DNA from: Desulfomonilia bacterium
GTDB lineage: Bacteria; Desulfobacterota; Desulfomonilia; UBA1062
Direction: 5' to 3'
DNA: 64,000 bases
NCBI GenBank assembly: GCA_963664325.2
Contig: CAXXDQ010000003.1
Location: 704,001-768,000, forward strand
The notes beneath the pieces were generated by a model that was not told the origin of the DNA, did not search any database, and was given only the letters and a program-made list of their open reading frames with translations. Within the stretch, counting starts at the first letter, position 1; every line of letters begins with the position of its first letter. Shown piece by piece: positions 1-9,085 of this stretch. The position numbers and the translations under genes were made by a program.

Positions 1-37
1 TAGGCCTAATTGTTTATCAGGTTTACTTTGAATTTAA

Positions 38-223
38 TTATAACTGCTCCTGGCTGCACAGCTTATCCAGTAAATATTCATCACCATAATCCTCAAGGGA
101 TTCTACAAACATGGTTATCATATCAGCGATAACCTCTGATAACTTGCTCTCGTCCGGCAATATTTCTCTGAAAAATTCATATTGCTCTTTATTTAATGAA
201 ATGGTGATCCGTATACAAGCCAT
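38..223 (-). CDS. Small ribbon-helix-helix (CopG/Arc-like) DNA-binding protein, putative
   Basis: 61 aa; alternating beta-strand pattern (IRITISL) then two amphipathic helices (KEQYEFFREIL, LSEVIADMITMFVE); AT-rich DNA downstream of the tRNA 3' end. Confidence 0.45.
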   Translation of the reverse strand: MACIRITISLNKEQYEFFREILPDESKLSEVIADMITMFVESLEDYGDEYLLDKLCSQEQL

Positions 224-254
224 AAGAGAGGTTATCGGTAATTGAGAGGGAAAA

Positions 255-355
255 TAAAAAATACTGGGTTCAATAGATAATTGGCACCGCTTGGCCGGTG
301 AAGACCTGTCTTAATTATTTGCCGTGTAAAAAAATACTGGGGCAGCGCTGGGGCA
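255..355. repeat. Short direct repeats beside the tRNA 3' end (AAAAAATACTGGG x2; CTGGGGCA x2 with 11-bp period)
   Basis: TAAAAAATACTGGG at 255-268 and again near 327-341; CTGGGGCA at 337-344 and 348-355. Confidence 0.55.
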
Positions 356-427
356 AATGGAGAAAAAACAAGATTAAGGGTTAAAGATGGAATGCTATTA
401 TAACCTATATAATAGCGATTTAACAAG

Positions 428-512
428 TGCCCGGGGCGGGGGTCGAACCCGCACGGCCTCAGAGGCCGAGGGATTTTAAGTCCCTTGTGTCTGCCGATTC
501 CACCACCCGGGC
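428..512 (-). tRNA. tRNA-Leu (anticodon TAA)
   Basis: Reverse complement GCCCGGG TGGTGGAATCGGCAGACAC AAGGGA CTTAAAA TCCCT CGGCCTCTGAGGCCG TGCGGGTTCGACCCCCGC CCCGGGC A: acceptor stem, D-loop GG, TAA anticodon, long variable arm, GTTCGA T-loop; CCA not encoded. Confidence 0.97.
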
Positions 513-648
513 ATGACGTTTTTTGCAAACTAATATTAAGTGTTTAAACATGTCAAGCTATACATATAAAGGTAATGACAAATAAACTCTCGATATGTGT
601 TCTGGTTTTCTTCAGACAACATAACACAGATAGTCTACGCAAGATTCA

Positions 649-1782
649 TTAAAAAACATACCGCCCGCCCACGCCTGCATTCAGTCCGTAATAATTATTT
701 TTCTGATCTGGATGGTTAATGTTTTTATCGTCAATAAGGTTAAAAATCCCGGCTGATATGTTCCATTTGAAATTGTCAGAATGTTTCATTTCAATTCCCC
801 CTGACAGTTCAAGCTTTGTCCTTGAACCTATATAATATGGAGAATCTTCCGAATACGCGTTGGGGCCGAGATACATGAAAGCCAGACCGCCTATAAGCGA
901 TGTTTTCGTATTAAGAAAGTATTTATATAAGCCGCTTGCATCATATTCCTGGCCATGACTGTTTCTGGGTTCGGGAGCAAAACCTTCTTCGCCCATAAAT
1001 TCACTTTTCGCACGGACTACCATGCTGAGATCAAGGTCGACTTCATATGAAGGTTTCGAATAGACGCCGTTGACGGAAACAGCGAACATGTTCCCTTCTT
1101 TGTAGTACTCGTTGCCGTCCTGCTTGTCTTTGCCGTATATGGCATATTCAAGGAACAGGTTGGCCTGCCAGTCATCGCTAATCAGGTATCCGCCTTTTGC
1201 AGTAAACGTAACAATATCGCCCGGGTCATACTTCTGAAGCTGGTCGCTGAAATCATATTCGCCCTGCCAGAGGAAACCTGCGCCCAGGCCCGCGATCCAT
1301 CTATCCCACTCCTTTGATACCGCCAGATAAGGATTGACGTTAAAACCTTCTCCGTATGTCGTGATAGGCATAAGGTCGGGTATTGTCAGCAACACCATAT
1401 CCGATTGAGGCAGGTTTGTTTTGCCGGTGGGGATGTTGAGTCCAAGTCCGAAAAGCATATCAACAGGCAGTTTGTCTTCAATCTTGTATGTTCCGTTCAG
1501 TTTGGTATCGAGAAAGTGAGTCAGAGTCGCACTGTCTGCGCCGGACTGTTCTACATGCGTATAGACCAGCGCATTGAGTAGTGAAAATTCAAAATCCTTG
1601 AAGACTGCTTCCAGCGTAACAGGTATAAATGTCTGAATGCCGGTATCGGAATGATTGTCCCGCCATGCATTGAGCATAAGGCCGGATTCCGCTGAATAAT
1701 TCTGTGCGTTTAAGGGGAACACAAAAAAAGAAGACAGACATGAAATCATGAATATCCGCATCAGATAATAAGGCTTTCTCAT
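649..1782 (-). CDS. Outer-membrane beta-barrel protein of unknown specificity
   Basis: Signal peptide (…PLNA|Q), amphipathic beta-strands rich in Y/F/G, LNIPTG motif, C-terminal beta-signal (GGRYVF); SD GAGGGG upstream. Confidence 0.75.
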   Translation of the reverse strand: MRKPYYLMRIFMISCLSSFFVFPLNAQNYSAESGLMLNAWRDNHSDTGIQTFIPVTLEAVFKDFEFSLLNALVYTHVEQSGADSATLTHFLDTKLNGTYKIEDKLPVDMLFGLGLNIPTGKTNLPQSDMVLLTIPDLMPITTYGEGFNVNPYLAVSKEWDRWIAGLGAGFLWQGEYDFSDQLQKYDPGDIVTFTAKGGYLISDDWQANLFLEYAIYGKDKQDGNEYYKEGNMFAVSVNGVYSKPSYEVDLDLSMVVRAKSEFMGEEGFAPEPRNSHGQEYDASGLYKYFLNTKTSLIGGLAFMYLGPNAYSEDSPYYIGSRTKLELSGGIEMKHSDNFKWNISAGIFNLIDDKNINHPDQKNNYYGLNAGVGGRYVF

Positions 1783-1810
1783 TTACAACCCCTCTTTATT
1801 CTCGATAATA

Positions 1811-4699
1811 TCACGGCCACAATCTAACCAGTGAGAAATCTATGGCATCGTTCACCACCAGACCGACTCCCCCGGCTGCGACAATTTTTCCGTCCGGCTG
1901 CATGGACATGGCGAAAGCCCCTGTATCAACGTCCATTTTAATTATCAGGTATCCCGTGCCGCTTGCAAATGTTGAATCCAGAGATCCGTCGGCAGTTAGC
2001 CTTGCCACTATCATTGAGTGCTCCTGGTCTGTGTTTCTGACCCATCCGGCAAGGTATATTTTGCCGTCCGACGGATTTACATCGATTGCATAACAGGATG
2101 CGGCTTCATATCCGGGAATCTCTATCGTCTTAATGCCGCTGGCATTATCTCCAAAGTCCGGATCAAGGGCCCCTGTCGCAAGATTATATTTGGCGACTGC
2201 GATCTTATACATTTCAGTATACTCAATGCCTGTATTGCCGGCTGCAATGATGCTGTCCTGTGTTATTGCAATTGCATTAATTTCGGAATGCACTTCGTCT
2301 CCTATCTGGGTCAGCACATATCCATCCGGAGAGCCGAAAGAAGTGTCAAGGCCTGTGCCGTCGGCATTGAATTTTGCGACCAGGAACACCCATCTTGAGG
2401 TATTTGAGAGATATAACATACCTGCTGCTATAATCTTGCCGTCTGCAGGGACTATCGCCGCAGCGTTTGCAGTCACAGAAGTAAAGGGTTCAATTTGCAG
2501 CATTGAATAGCCATTGGAGCCGAATGATGTATCGAGAACGCCGGATTCGAGATACCTGATGAGCATGAAGTCATCTGAATTCTGGGTGGTGCTGTAGGCG
2601 TCTCCAACTGCGATAATGCCCCCTGACTGGTTCTGGTAGGCCATTGACCTGAATTTCGCATGCGAATAATTCGGAGGATTGGGGACGATAAGCATATCGG
2701 TGTCTTCGTTTATTGAGCCGTCCGGGCCGTATTCGGCAAAAAGGAAATACTCTTCCATATTATCTTCTGTGAAATAATATCCCCCTGTTATTATCTTTCC
2801 ATCGGGCATCAGCACTGCAGAATATGCCGAGTATGCCTTATAGTATATATTGGGTACCGGGGTTATGACAGTTCCGCTGTTTCCGAAAGATGAATCCGGT
2901 GAGCCGTCAGTATTGTATCTGGCCAAGGCTATTCCCGGTCCCGAACCGTTTGTTGTAAAACCCGCTGCAACAAGTTTTCCATCAGGCTGTATAATAAGAG
3001 ATTTCACCTCGGCATCCGCATATCCCATAGGAGTTCGGGCGCTCCCGTTATTGCCGAAGCCTGTGTCGACTGAACCGGCAGGGGTAAATTTCGAAACAAG
3101 AGACATATGTCTGTTGAAAGCCGATGATGTGGCACAAACACCTATAGCGACTATACTACCGTCGCCGAGCACTTGTGATGATATTGCACGATGAACGAAC
3201 CCATCCTCAAGAATGGTGATGCCATTAATACCAAAGCTCTCATCCTGGGTCATGTCTGCATTTTTCTTTACTATTGTCGCTTGAGGTGTAAATTCACCGC
3301 CGGAAAAACCTGTGCAGATTATTTTGTTGTCAGGCAGGATATTTATGCTCCTGATTTCTGAATAGCCTTTATCATCCAGCATCGTTCCTGAAATCTCGGC
3401 AGCTCCGCCAGATGTATTGTATGTCGCAAACGCCATTATATTATTGACGCCTGTTGATACAAATCCTCCTGCAACTATTCGACCTGAATTGTCTATGGCC
3501 AGTGATTGAATGACAGACCTATACAAGCCGATATCGGTAGCCACAACGCCTGTGATGCCTATGTTCGAAGCGAACGAGGAATCGATGTCACCGTTTGATG
3601 AAAATCTAGCTACAGTAAATACATTGTGGAGAAATGAAGAATTACCAAATGAATACCCGCCTGCGACGATTCTTCCGGAAGGGTCAAGGGCTATTGAATT
3701 GATGCAGGCGTCACTTGTCCCGACCGGGAAGGCTACATAGCCGTTTGGCGCCCCGAAGTCTGTATTGTCAAGCGAGCCGTCCGGGTTATATCTTACCAGA
3801 GTGAAGACGCTGATATTTGAAGACATTAAATGGATGCAGCCGCCGGCGAGGATTTTCCCGTCATTCTGTACAGCCAGAGAATATATGGCCCCGTCGTCGC
3901 CCAATATGGATGTAATGACAATTCCTGTTTTATTGGACCCGAAACCGGCATCAAGTGTCCCGTCAGGATTATACCTTGCAATAGCCCATTTGAATTTCCC
4001 GGCGGAGTTGTCCCAGAAACTGCCTCCTGCAATTATTTTTCCGTCCTTTTGTATTGCAAGCGAGTTGATTCCGGCCAAGTTAAGATCGGTCATGACGATG
4101 CCTTTCTCCCCGAATGCCTGATCCAGTGACCCGTCGGTATTATACCGGGCAAGAGCGAATAATTTCTTTTGACCTTTTAAACACGTCCCTCCTGCGACGA
4201 TTTTTCCGTCGCTTTGAATCGCTGAGGCGTTCATTTCCGCGTTGGCGAATCCCATGGAAGTCCTGACTTTGCCTCCATCCCCGAAACTGACATCGAGATC
4301 CCCTGTTTTCGGCGGACTGACTATGAGTACGCCGGCGTCATTTGTCACGCCCCCTTCAATCTTTATGCCTGTTTTTTCTACCGTATAGAGTATCTTGCCC
4401 GAAGCGTTTTTCATGTAGATGACAAGGGTGTAGTTCTCTCCGACGGGTATGTTTTCAAGAGAACCTGAACGGGCGCTGCACGCCCATGGGCCGCCTGTTG
4501 CAAGTGTTGCGCCTGAGGCGTCCTTTATCTCGGCGGTAACGTTGTCTATGCCGTAGAGAGTACAGTCAAAAGACTCTCCGGTCGATACGGCCTGACCGTG
4601 CATTTTAACGGAGAAACTGAGCGCTCCCGAATCGCCGCCGTCTGAACCGCAGGCCTGGAGAAGCAAAAGCAATGATATGATGAAAATCGCCTGGGTCAT
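1811..4699 (-). CDS. Delta-60 repeat (beta-propeller) lipoprotein with N-terminal Ig-like domain
   Basis: Lipobox LQAC after a hydrophobic stretch beginning at Met 4699 (ORF track starts at 4822; start uncertain); about 14 repeats of GxLDxSFGxxG…QxDGKI(V)xxG…LARY. Confidence 0.85.
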   Translation of the reverse strand: MTQAIFIISLLLLLQACGSDGGDSGALSFSVKMHGQAVSTGESFDCTLYGIDNVTAEIKDASGATLATGGPWACSARSGSLENIPVGENYTLVIYMKNASGKILYTVEKTGIKIEGGVTNDAGVLIVSPPKTGDLDVSFGDGGKVRTSMGFANAEMNASAIQSDGKIVAGGTCLKGQKKLFALARYNTDGSLDQAFGEKGIVMTDLNLAGINSLAIQKDGKIIAGGSFWDNSAGKFKWAIARYNPDGTLDAGFGSNKTGIVITSILGDDGAIYSLAVQNDGKILAGGCIHLMSSNISVFTLVRYNPDGSLDNTDFGAPNGYVAFPVGTSDACINSIALDPSGRIVAGGYSFGNSSFLHNVFTVARFSSNGDIDSSFASNIGITGVVATDIGLYRSVIQSLAIDNSGRIVAGGFVSTGVNNIMAFATYNTSGGAAEISGTMLDDKGYSEIRSINILPDNKIICTGFSGGEFTPQATIVKKNADMTQDESFGINGITILEDGFVHRAISSQVLGDGSIVAIGVCATSSAFNRHMSLVSKFTPAGSVDTGFGNNGSARTPMGYADAEVKSLIIQPDGKLVAAGFTTNGSGPGIALARYNTDGSPDSSFGNSGTVITPVPNIYYKAYSAYSAVLMPDGKIITGGYYFTEDNMEEYFLFAEYGPDGSINEDTDMLIVPNPPNYSHAKFRSMAYQNQSGGIIAVGDAYSTTQNSDDFMLIRYLESGVLDTSFGSNGYSMLQIEPFTSVTANAAAIVPADGKIIAAGMLYLSNTSRWVFLVAKFNADGTGLDTSFGSPDGYVLTQIGDEVHSEINAIAITQDSIIAAGNTGIEYTEMYKIAVAKYNLATGALDPDFGDNASGIKTIEIPGYEAASCYAIDVNPSDGKIYLAGWVRNTDQEHSMIVARLTADGSLDSTFASGTGYLIIKMDVDTGAFAMSMQPDGKIVAAGGVGLVVNDAIDFSLVRLWP

Positions 4700-4815
4700 G
4701 TTCAAAACACCCCGGTCGGCAATTGACCGATGGGATGTGATTAAAGATCTATTTACGGGTATGAAGCCCTCATTTGACATTGACAGTAATCCTTCGTTTG
4801 TTATTTTCATAGGTT

Positions 4816-5742
4816 TCACCATGTGAAGTTGATTTTTCCGGTTTTTGATTCTTTTTCTATATCATTCGGGTTGGATTTTCTGAAAGTTGCCGTATTCATG
4901 CTTATACTGGCTGTTGTGGAATTCTGGTTTTCCATTTCCTTGATTGTGGTATCCGTCCTGACATTCTTGGGTGCAAGCTTCATGTTCTGAAGCTGCCTTG
5001 ATGCATCGGCAGCGGGTTTCAGGCCGGGATCGGCAATTCTCGCCTTTTTGTAATAGACGGCAGCCTGTCTGTAATTTCCCCTGTCGCTGCTGTCCAGGCC
5101 CAAAGAAAAATAATACAGCGCCTTATAACTCGTTGTGAACGGTTTCTTCAGCCTTTCCATCTGTTCCTTGCTTAAAGATATGTTCAATTGGTCACAGATT
5201 GCGAACAAAAGCTGCTTTTCGATGTCGAATATGTTGTCCAGCTCTCCATGAGCCGAAGGCTTTCCGAGTATCTCTTTAGTCCTCACTCCAAGCAGGTAGG
5301 ATGAAGCCTCGATACCCGTAGCTCCAGAGCTTGAAATATCTCCGCCAATAATATAGTTGGCCCTTAGAAGCTTCCCGATTCTCGGGGCGGCCTGAACATC
5401 CACAATCCCCGAGGCGCCCATTTTAAGCTCTTCCACAAGGGCCTGAAGTTTTACCCTTTCCAGGAGGTTTATGCCGGGGACTTCGGCCAGATCGGTCATA
5501 AGCATGAATGCAAAACCCTTCTGCAAAGGGTTAAGATCGGCCTTCCCCGATTTGTTGTTAAAATAAAGTACAGCCAGATTATTGCCTGAGGGAGAGGCAT
5601 CAAGGTTTTTCTCCTGCCTTATCGCCTCCTTCGCCCAGTCAAGCTCGTTTTGCGTAATCACATCTCCTGCAGAAGCCGCCGTGTTTGAAGCCAGGAGCAG
5701 AACAGCAACTAAAACAGACTTAAAGCCTTTTATCGGACTCAT
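4816..5742 (-). CDS. CsgG/HfaB/FlgO-like domain protein with TPR motif
   Basis: Signal peptide (ASA|GD); LAVLYFNN…MLMTDL…LLERVKLQALVEEL…RIGKLLRANYIIGG pattern; TPR-like KALYYFSLGL…GNYRQAAVYYKKA…DP; SD GGAGG places the start at ATG 5742. Confidence 0.75.
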   Translation of the reverse strand: MSPIKGFKSVLVAVLLLASNTAASAGDVITQNELDWAKEAIRQEKNLDASPSGNNLAVLYFNNKSGKADLNPLQKGFAFMLMTDLAEVPGINLLERVKLQALVEELKMGASGIVDVQAAPRIGKLLRANYIIGGDISSSGATGIEASSYLLGVRTKEILGKPSAHGELDNIFDIEKQLLFAICDQLNISLSKEQMERLKKPFTTSYKALYYFSLGLDSSDRGNYRQAAVYYKKARIADPGLKPAADASRQLQNMKLAPKNVRTDTTIKEMENQNSTTASISMNTATFRKSNPNDIEKESKTGKINFTW

Positions 5743-6359
5743 ATAAAGTACCTCCATAATGGCCAGATCCGGAAAACGGCGGATCCGTGAACAAATGAAT
5801 TTTTAACGTTGCTGTTGTTGACAAGGTCTGACTAGGAATTCTATGTTGTCCCGCTTTATCCTCACCTGAAACATAGCAGTCAGAGGCCGGCAGGAGGAGT
5901 AGTGTATCATTAAATGACATGCACATTGGGACACTTCCGATTGCAGGATTTGTTGAACTTCTATCTTTCATAATAACCATCCTGGAAATTTATTAAGAAA
6001 GAAAAGCCGTGATGCGTTAAAGTAATAATTCACATAAATATTTTAAAAGTCAAACCCTGCTTTGCGATCGACACGTATAATTTTTTGTTTTGACATGCTC
6101 CAACTCGACAAATCATGAATGAAAAACTTCTGATTGCATGGCTTTTGCGGTAAGCAGATTATTTGATTGGCCGATTATTCTGGGAACTGTGTTTGATCTG
6201 TTTGAAGCCGGAGATGACCTCTTTCGCGAATTTCATGCAACCTGAAAACATCTGCATTGAAGTTGTTCCGAATGATAAGGAAAAGCTCCCATGTGGCGCT
6301 TGTCCTTTTGGCAGGCCTGTGTTAGGGAATTTTTTGGATGAATCACTGGAGGTGCTCTC

Positions 6360-7559
6360 TTGAATTACAGGTTTAAAACTCACGATTATATCATCTTTGC
6401 TCTCAGTTATGTTTTCTTTGCCCTTTATGCAGTTGACATGACGGGCCAGGCTGTACTTCCAGTCGACCTGCCGGCTTGGGTTTATCTCATTGTGGCAGTC
6501 CTTCTTAATGTCTGGGTATTACCATTGCCAGGCATTCATCCAAGGCTTCCAAAACCGGAAGTATCCCTGCCCGAATTGCCGCCGTCAGAAGAGATAAAGG
6601 TTATCCCGAAAGAAAAGCCTGTTCCGGAAAAAGAGGCTGTATCAGCACAGAAAAAACTCGAAAAGGGACTCTCAAAAACCCACAAAGGTTTCATAGACAG
6701 GATAGCTTCGGTATTCAGCAGGCATGAAAAGATTGACGCCGCTGTTTTAAATGATCTGGAAGAAACGCTTGTCGGTACGGACATAGGGATCAAGACGGCG
6801 TACAAGATATTCGAAGACATTAAGAAAGAAATTGTATCAGTGGACAGTGCAGATGCTGCAATGAACATGGTTCGTGCGGAAATCAGCCGTATTCTGGCAC
6901 AGAGGGAAAGGCATCTCGATATCACAAATGGCGTAAAGCCGTATGTTATAATGGTAAGCGGGGTCAACGGTTCGGGAAAGACCACGACCATCGCCAAGAT
7001 AGCATGGCTCCTCAAGAACCAGGGCAAGAGCGTTATTATCGCAGCAGCGGACACATTCAGGGCGGCTGCAATAGAACAGCTCGAGCATTGGGCGAACAAG
7101 TCCGGTGCCGATTTTATAAAATCCCAGGAAGGGGCGGACCCTTCCTCGGTTGCCTATGACGGCCTGGAGGCTGCAATTAAGAGGGGGCATGACGTGCTCA
7201 TAATCGATACCGCCGGACGCCTCCATACCCGTGAAAACCTGATGGAGGAGCTGAAAAAGACAAAGCGGGTTCTGGATAAGAAGATGCCAGGCGCGCCGAA
7301 CGAGGTGCTGCTTGTCCTTGATGCGACAATAGGCCAGAACGCCATCGAGCAGACACGGCAGTTCAACAATGCGATTGATGTGACCGGGATCGTACTGACA
7401 AAAATGGACGGGTCGTCAAAGGGCGGGGTCATAGTCGGTATAGCAGATGAATTTGATATACCTATACGTTTCGTGGGTGTCGGAGAGGCCATGGATGACC
7501 TTCAGGAATTTAACGCGGGTCATTTCGTGGAAGCCCTTTTCAAGAATAATGCCGAATGA
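6360..7559 (+). CDS. ftsY: Signal recognition particle receptor FtsY with N-terminal membrane anchor
   Basis: GVNGSGKTTTIAK, DTFRAAAIEQL, DTAGRL, TKMDGSSKGG, GVGE motifs; TTG start. Confidence 0.97.
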   Translation: MNYRFKTHDYIIFALSYVFFALYAVDMTGQAVLPVDLPAWVYLIVAVLLNVWVLPLPGIHPRLPKPEVSLPELPPSEEIKVIPKEKPVPEKEAVSAQKKLEKGLSKTHKGFIDRIASVFSRHEKIDAAVLNDLEETLVGTDIGIKTAYKIFEDIKKEIVSVDSADAAMNMVRAEISRILAQRERHLDITNGVKPYVIMVSGVNGSGKTTTIAKIAWLLKNQGKSVIIAAADTFRAAAIEQLEHWANKSGADFIKSQEGADPSSVAYDGLEAAIKRGHDVLIIDTAGRLHTRENLMEELKKTKRVLDKKMPGAPNEVLLVLDATIGQNAIEQTRQFNNAIDVTGIVLTKMDGSSKGGVIVGIADEFDIPIRFVGVGEAMDDLQEFNAGHFVEALFKNNAE

Positions 7560-7566
7560 GGGAAAG

Positions 7567-8565
7567 ATGATTAAAATTTCTCCGGAAAGGCTTACCGTTA
7601 TATTTGATGCAATGTCCCAAAAAAACATTCTCATTATAGGCGACATCATGCTGGATGAGTATATCTGGGGTACGGTCGAACGCATATCCCCCGAAGCCCC
7701 GGTGCCTGTTGTGAACGTCAGGGAAGAGACATTCAGGCTGGGCGGGGCCGGAAATGTCGTCAGGAACCTGAGAAGTCTTAATGCCGGCGTCAAGATGTTT
7801 TCCGTAATAGGCAGCGACAGACAGGGAGAAACGATATTTGACCTTCTCATGGACGAAGGGGTCGATGCCGGTGGCCTCATAAAAGATGATTTGCGCAGGA
7901 CGATAGTCAAGACACGGATAATCGCGCATACCCAGCAGGTTGTCCGGATCGACAAGGAAGACAGGGAACACATCTCCCCCGACAACACGCAGAAACTCTT
8001 ATCGGCAGTAAAACAGAATATGACAGGCGCTGATGCAGTCATTCTTTCAGATTACGGGAAAGGCCTGCTTAACACAGGGCTTATTGCGGATATAATTGCC
8101 GAAGCAGGTAAATACGGTCTGCTCGTGAGTGTTGATCCGAAAGAGAGGAATTTTCCTCATTATAAGAATGCCGGCATAATTACGCCGAACAAGAAGGAGC
8201 TTGCCTTCGGGGCTGGCATGTCGATTTCCTCTGAAAAGGATATGGCTGAGGCGGCGGGCCGTATATTTGACATGCTCGGATGCAGAATGATTCTTGCTAC
8301 GCGCGGGGCCGAGGGCATGAGCCTTTTCGAAAGCAGGGACGATGTGACCCATATCCCGACCGCAGCGAAAATGGTATTTGATGTGACAGGTGCGGGAGAC
8401 ACCGTCATATCTGTATTTACACTGGCTAGCGCGTCAGGTGCAACGCCTGTCGAGGCGGCGGCAATCTCGAATATTGCGGCGGGTATCGTTGTAGGCGAAG
8501 TCGGTGCGGCGACAGTCGGTTTCGAAGTATTGAAACACGCATGCATGGAGGAACTGGGTGGGTAG
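7567..8565 (+). CDS. rfaE1: D-glycero-beta-D-manno-heptose-7-phosphate kinase (RfaE domain I / HldA)
   Basis: GDIMLDEY, RISPEAPVPV, GGAGNV, SDYGKG, DVTGAGDTV; start set at ATG 7567 behind GAGGGAAAG. Confidence 0.93.
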   Translation: MIKISPERLTVIFDAMSQKNILIIGDIMLDEYIWGTVERISPEAPVPVVNVREETFRLGGAGNVVRNLRSLNAGVKMFSVIGSDRQGETIFDLLMDEGVDAGGLIKDDLRRTIVKTRIIAHTQQVVRIDKEDREHISPDNTQKLLSAVKQNMTGADAVILSDYGKGLLNTGLIADIIAEAGKYGLLVSVDPKERNFPHYKNAGIITPNKKELAFGAGMSISSEKDMAEAAGRIFDMLGCRMILATRGAEGMSLFESRDDVTHIPTAAKMVFDVTGAGDTVISVFTLASASGATPVEAAAISNIAAGIVVGEVGAATVGFEVLKHACMEELGG

Positions 8566-9085
8566 CATACATCTTCCCAGGGATGTGATGCTTTTCGCAA
8601 GCATCATTTACCGGAAAAACCCGGACGATGCACTCGTGCTGCTTGAAAAGGAATTTGGAAACGTTGTTTATCAAAGCATTGAACTGCCGTTTGATTATAC
8701 AGATTATTATGAAACCGAGATGGGTACAGAGCTTAAAAGAATGATAGTCGCCTTCGAGCGGCTCGTCCCTAGAGATTTCATGCCCGAGGCTAAAATAAAG
8801 TCAAACGGGATTGAAGATGTTTTTTTAAAAGATGGGAAAAGGTGTATAAACATCGACCCCGGTATATTGTCTCTTGAAAATGTATGTCTGGCAACGACGA
8901 AGCCCTACAGTCACCGAATATACCTGTCCCAGGGCATATGGGCGGAAGTTACATTGATTTACAAAGGCGATACATATTCGGGTCTTGAATGGACGTACCC
9001 GGATTATGCTTCGGAAGAACTTAGAAAAGTCTTTAAGGAAATCAGAAATATATACAAAGGAGGGCTGAAATGCCAGGCAGCATGA
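8558..9085 (+). CDS. DUF4416-family protein
   Basis: FDYTDYYETEMG, NIDPG, LATTKPYSHRIYL, WTYPDY motifs; position upstream of yicC. Confidence 0.8.
   Translation: MGSIHLPRDVMLFASIIYRKNPDDALVLLEKEFGNVVYQSIELPFDYTDYYETEMGTELKRMIVAFERLVPRDFMPEAKIKSNGIEDVFLKDGKRCINIDPGILSLENVCLATTKPYSHRIYLSQGIWAEVTLIYKGDTYSGLEWTYPDYASEELRKVFKEIRNIYKGGLKCQAA

Noticed and set aside
232-528. 98-aa ORF on the minus strand
   Set aside because: It is a translation of tRNA-Leu and its flank (GGGIGRHKGLKIP…GFDPRPGH), a typical tRNA shadow ORF.
5720-5980. 86-aa ORF upstream of the CsgG-like gene
   Set aside because: No recognisable motif or SD; overlaps the RBS and leader of the real gene.
6061-6363. Possible SRP RNA upstream of ftsY, or a Cys-rich 66-aa ORF (6163-6363)
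   Set aside because: The conserved SRP loop (CAGG…GGAA…AGCAG) is absent. The ORF has a TTG start and no SD; its stop overlaps the ftsY start, so it is not excluded but is unsupported.
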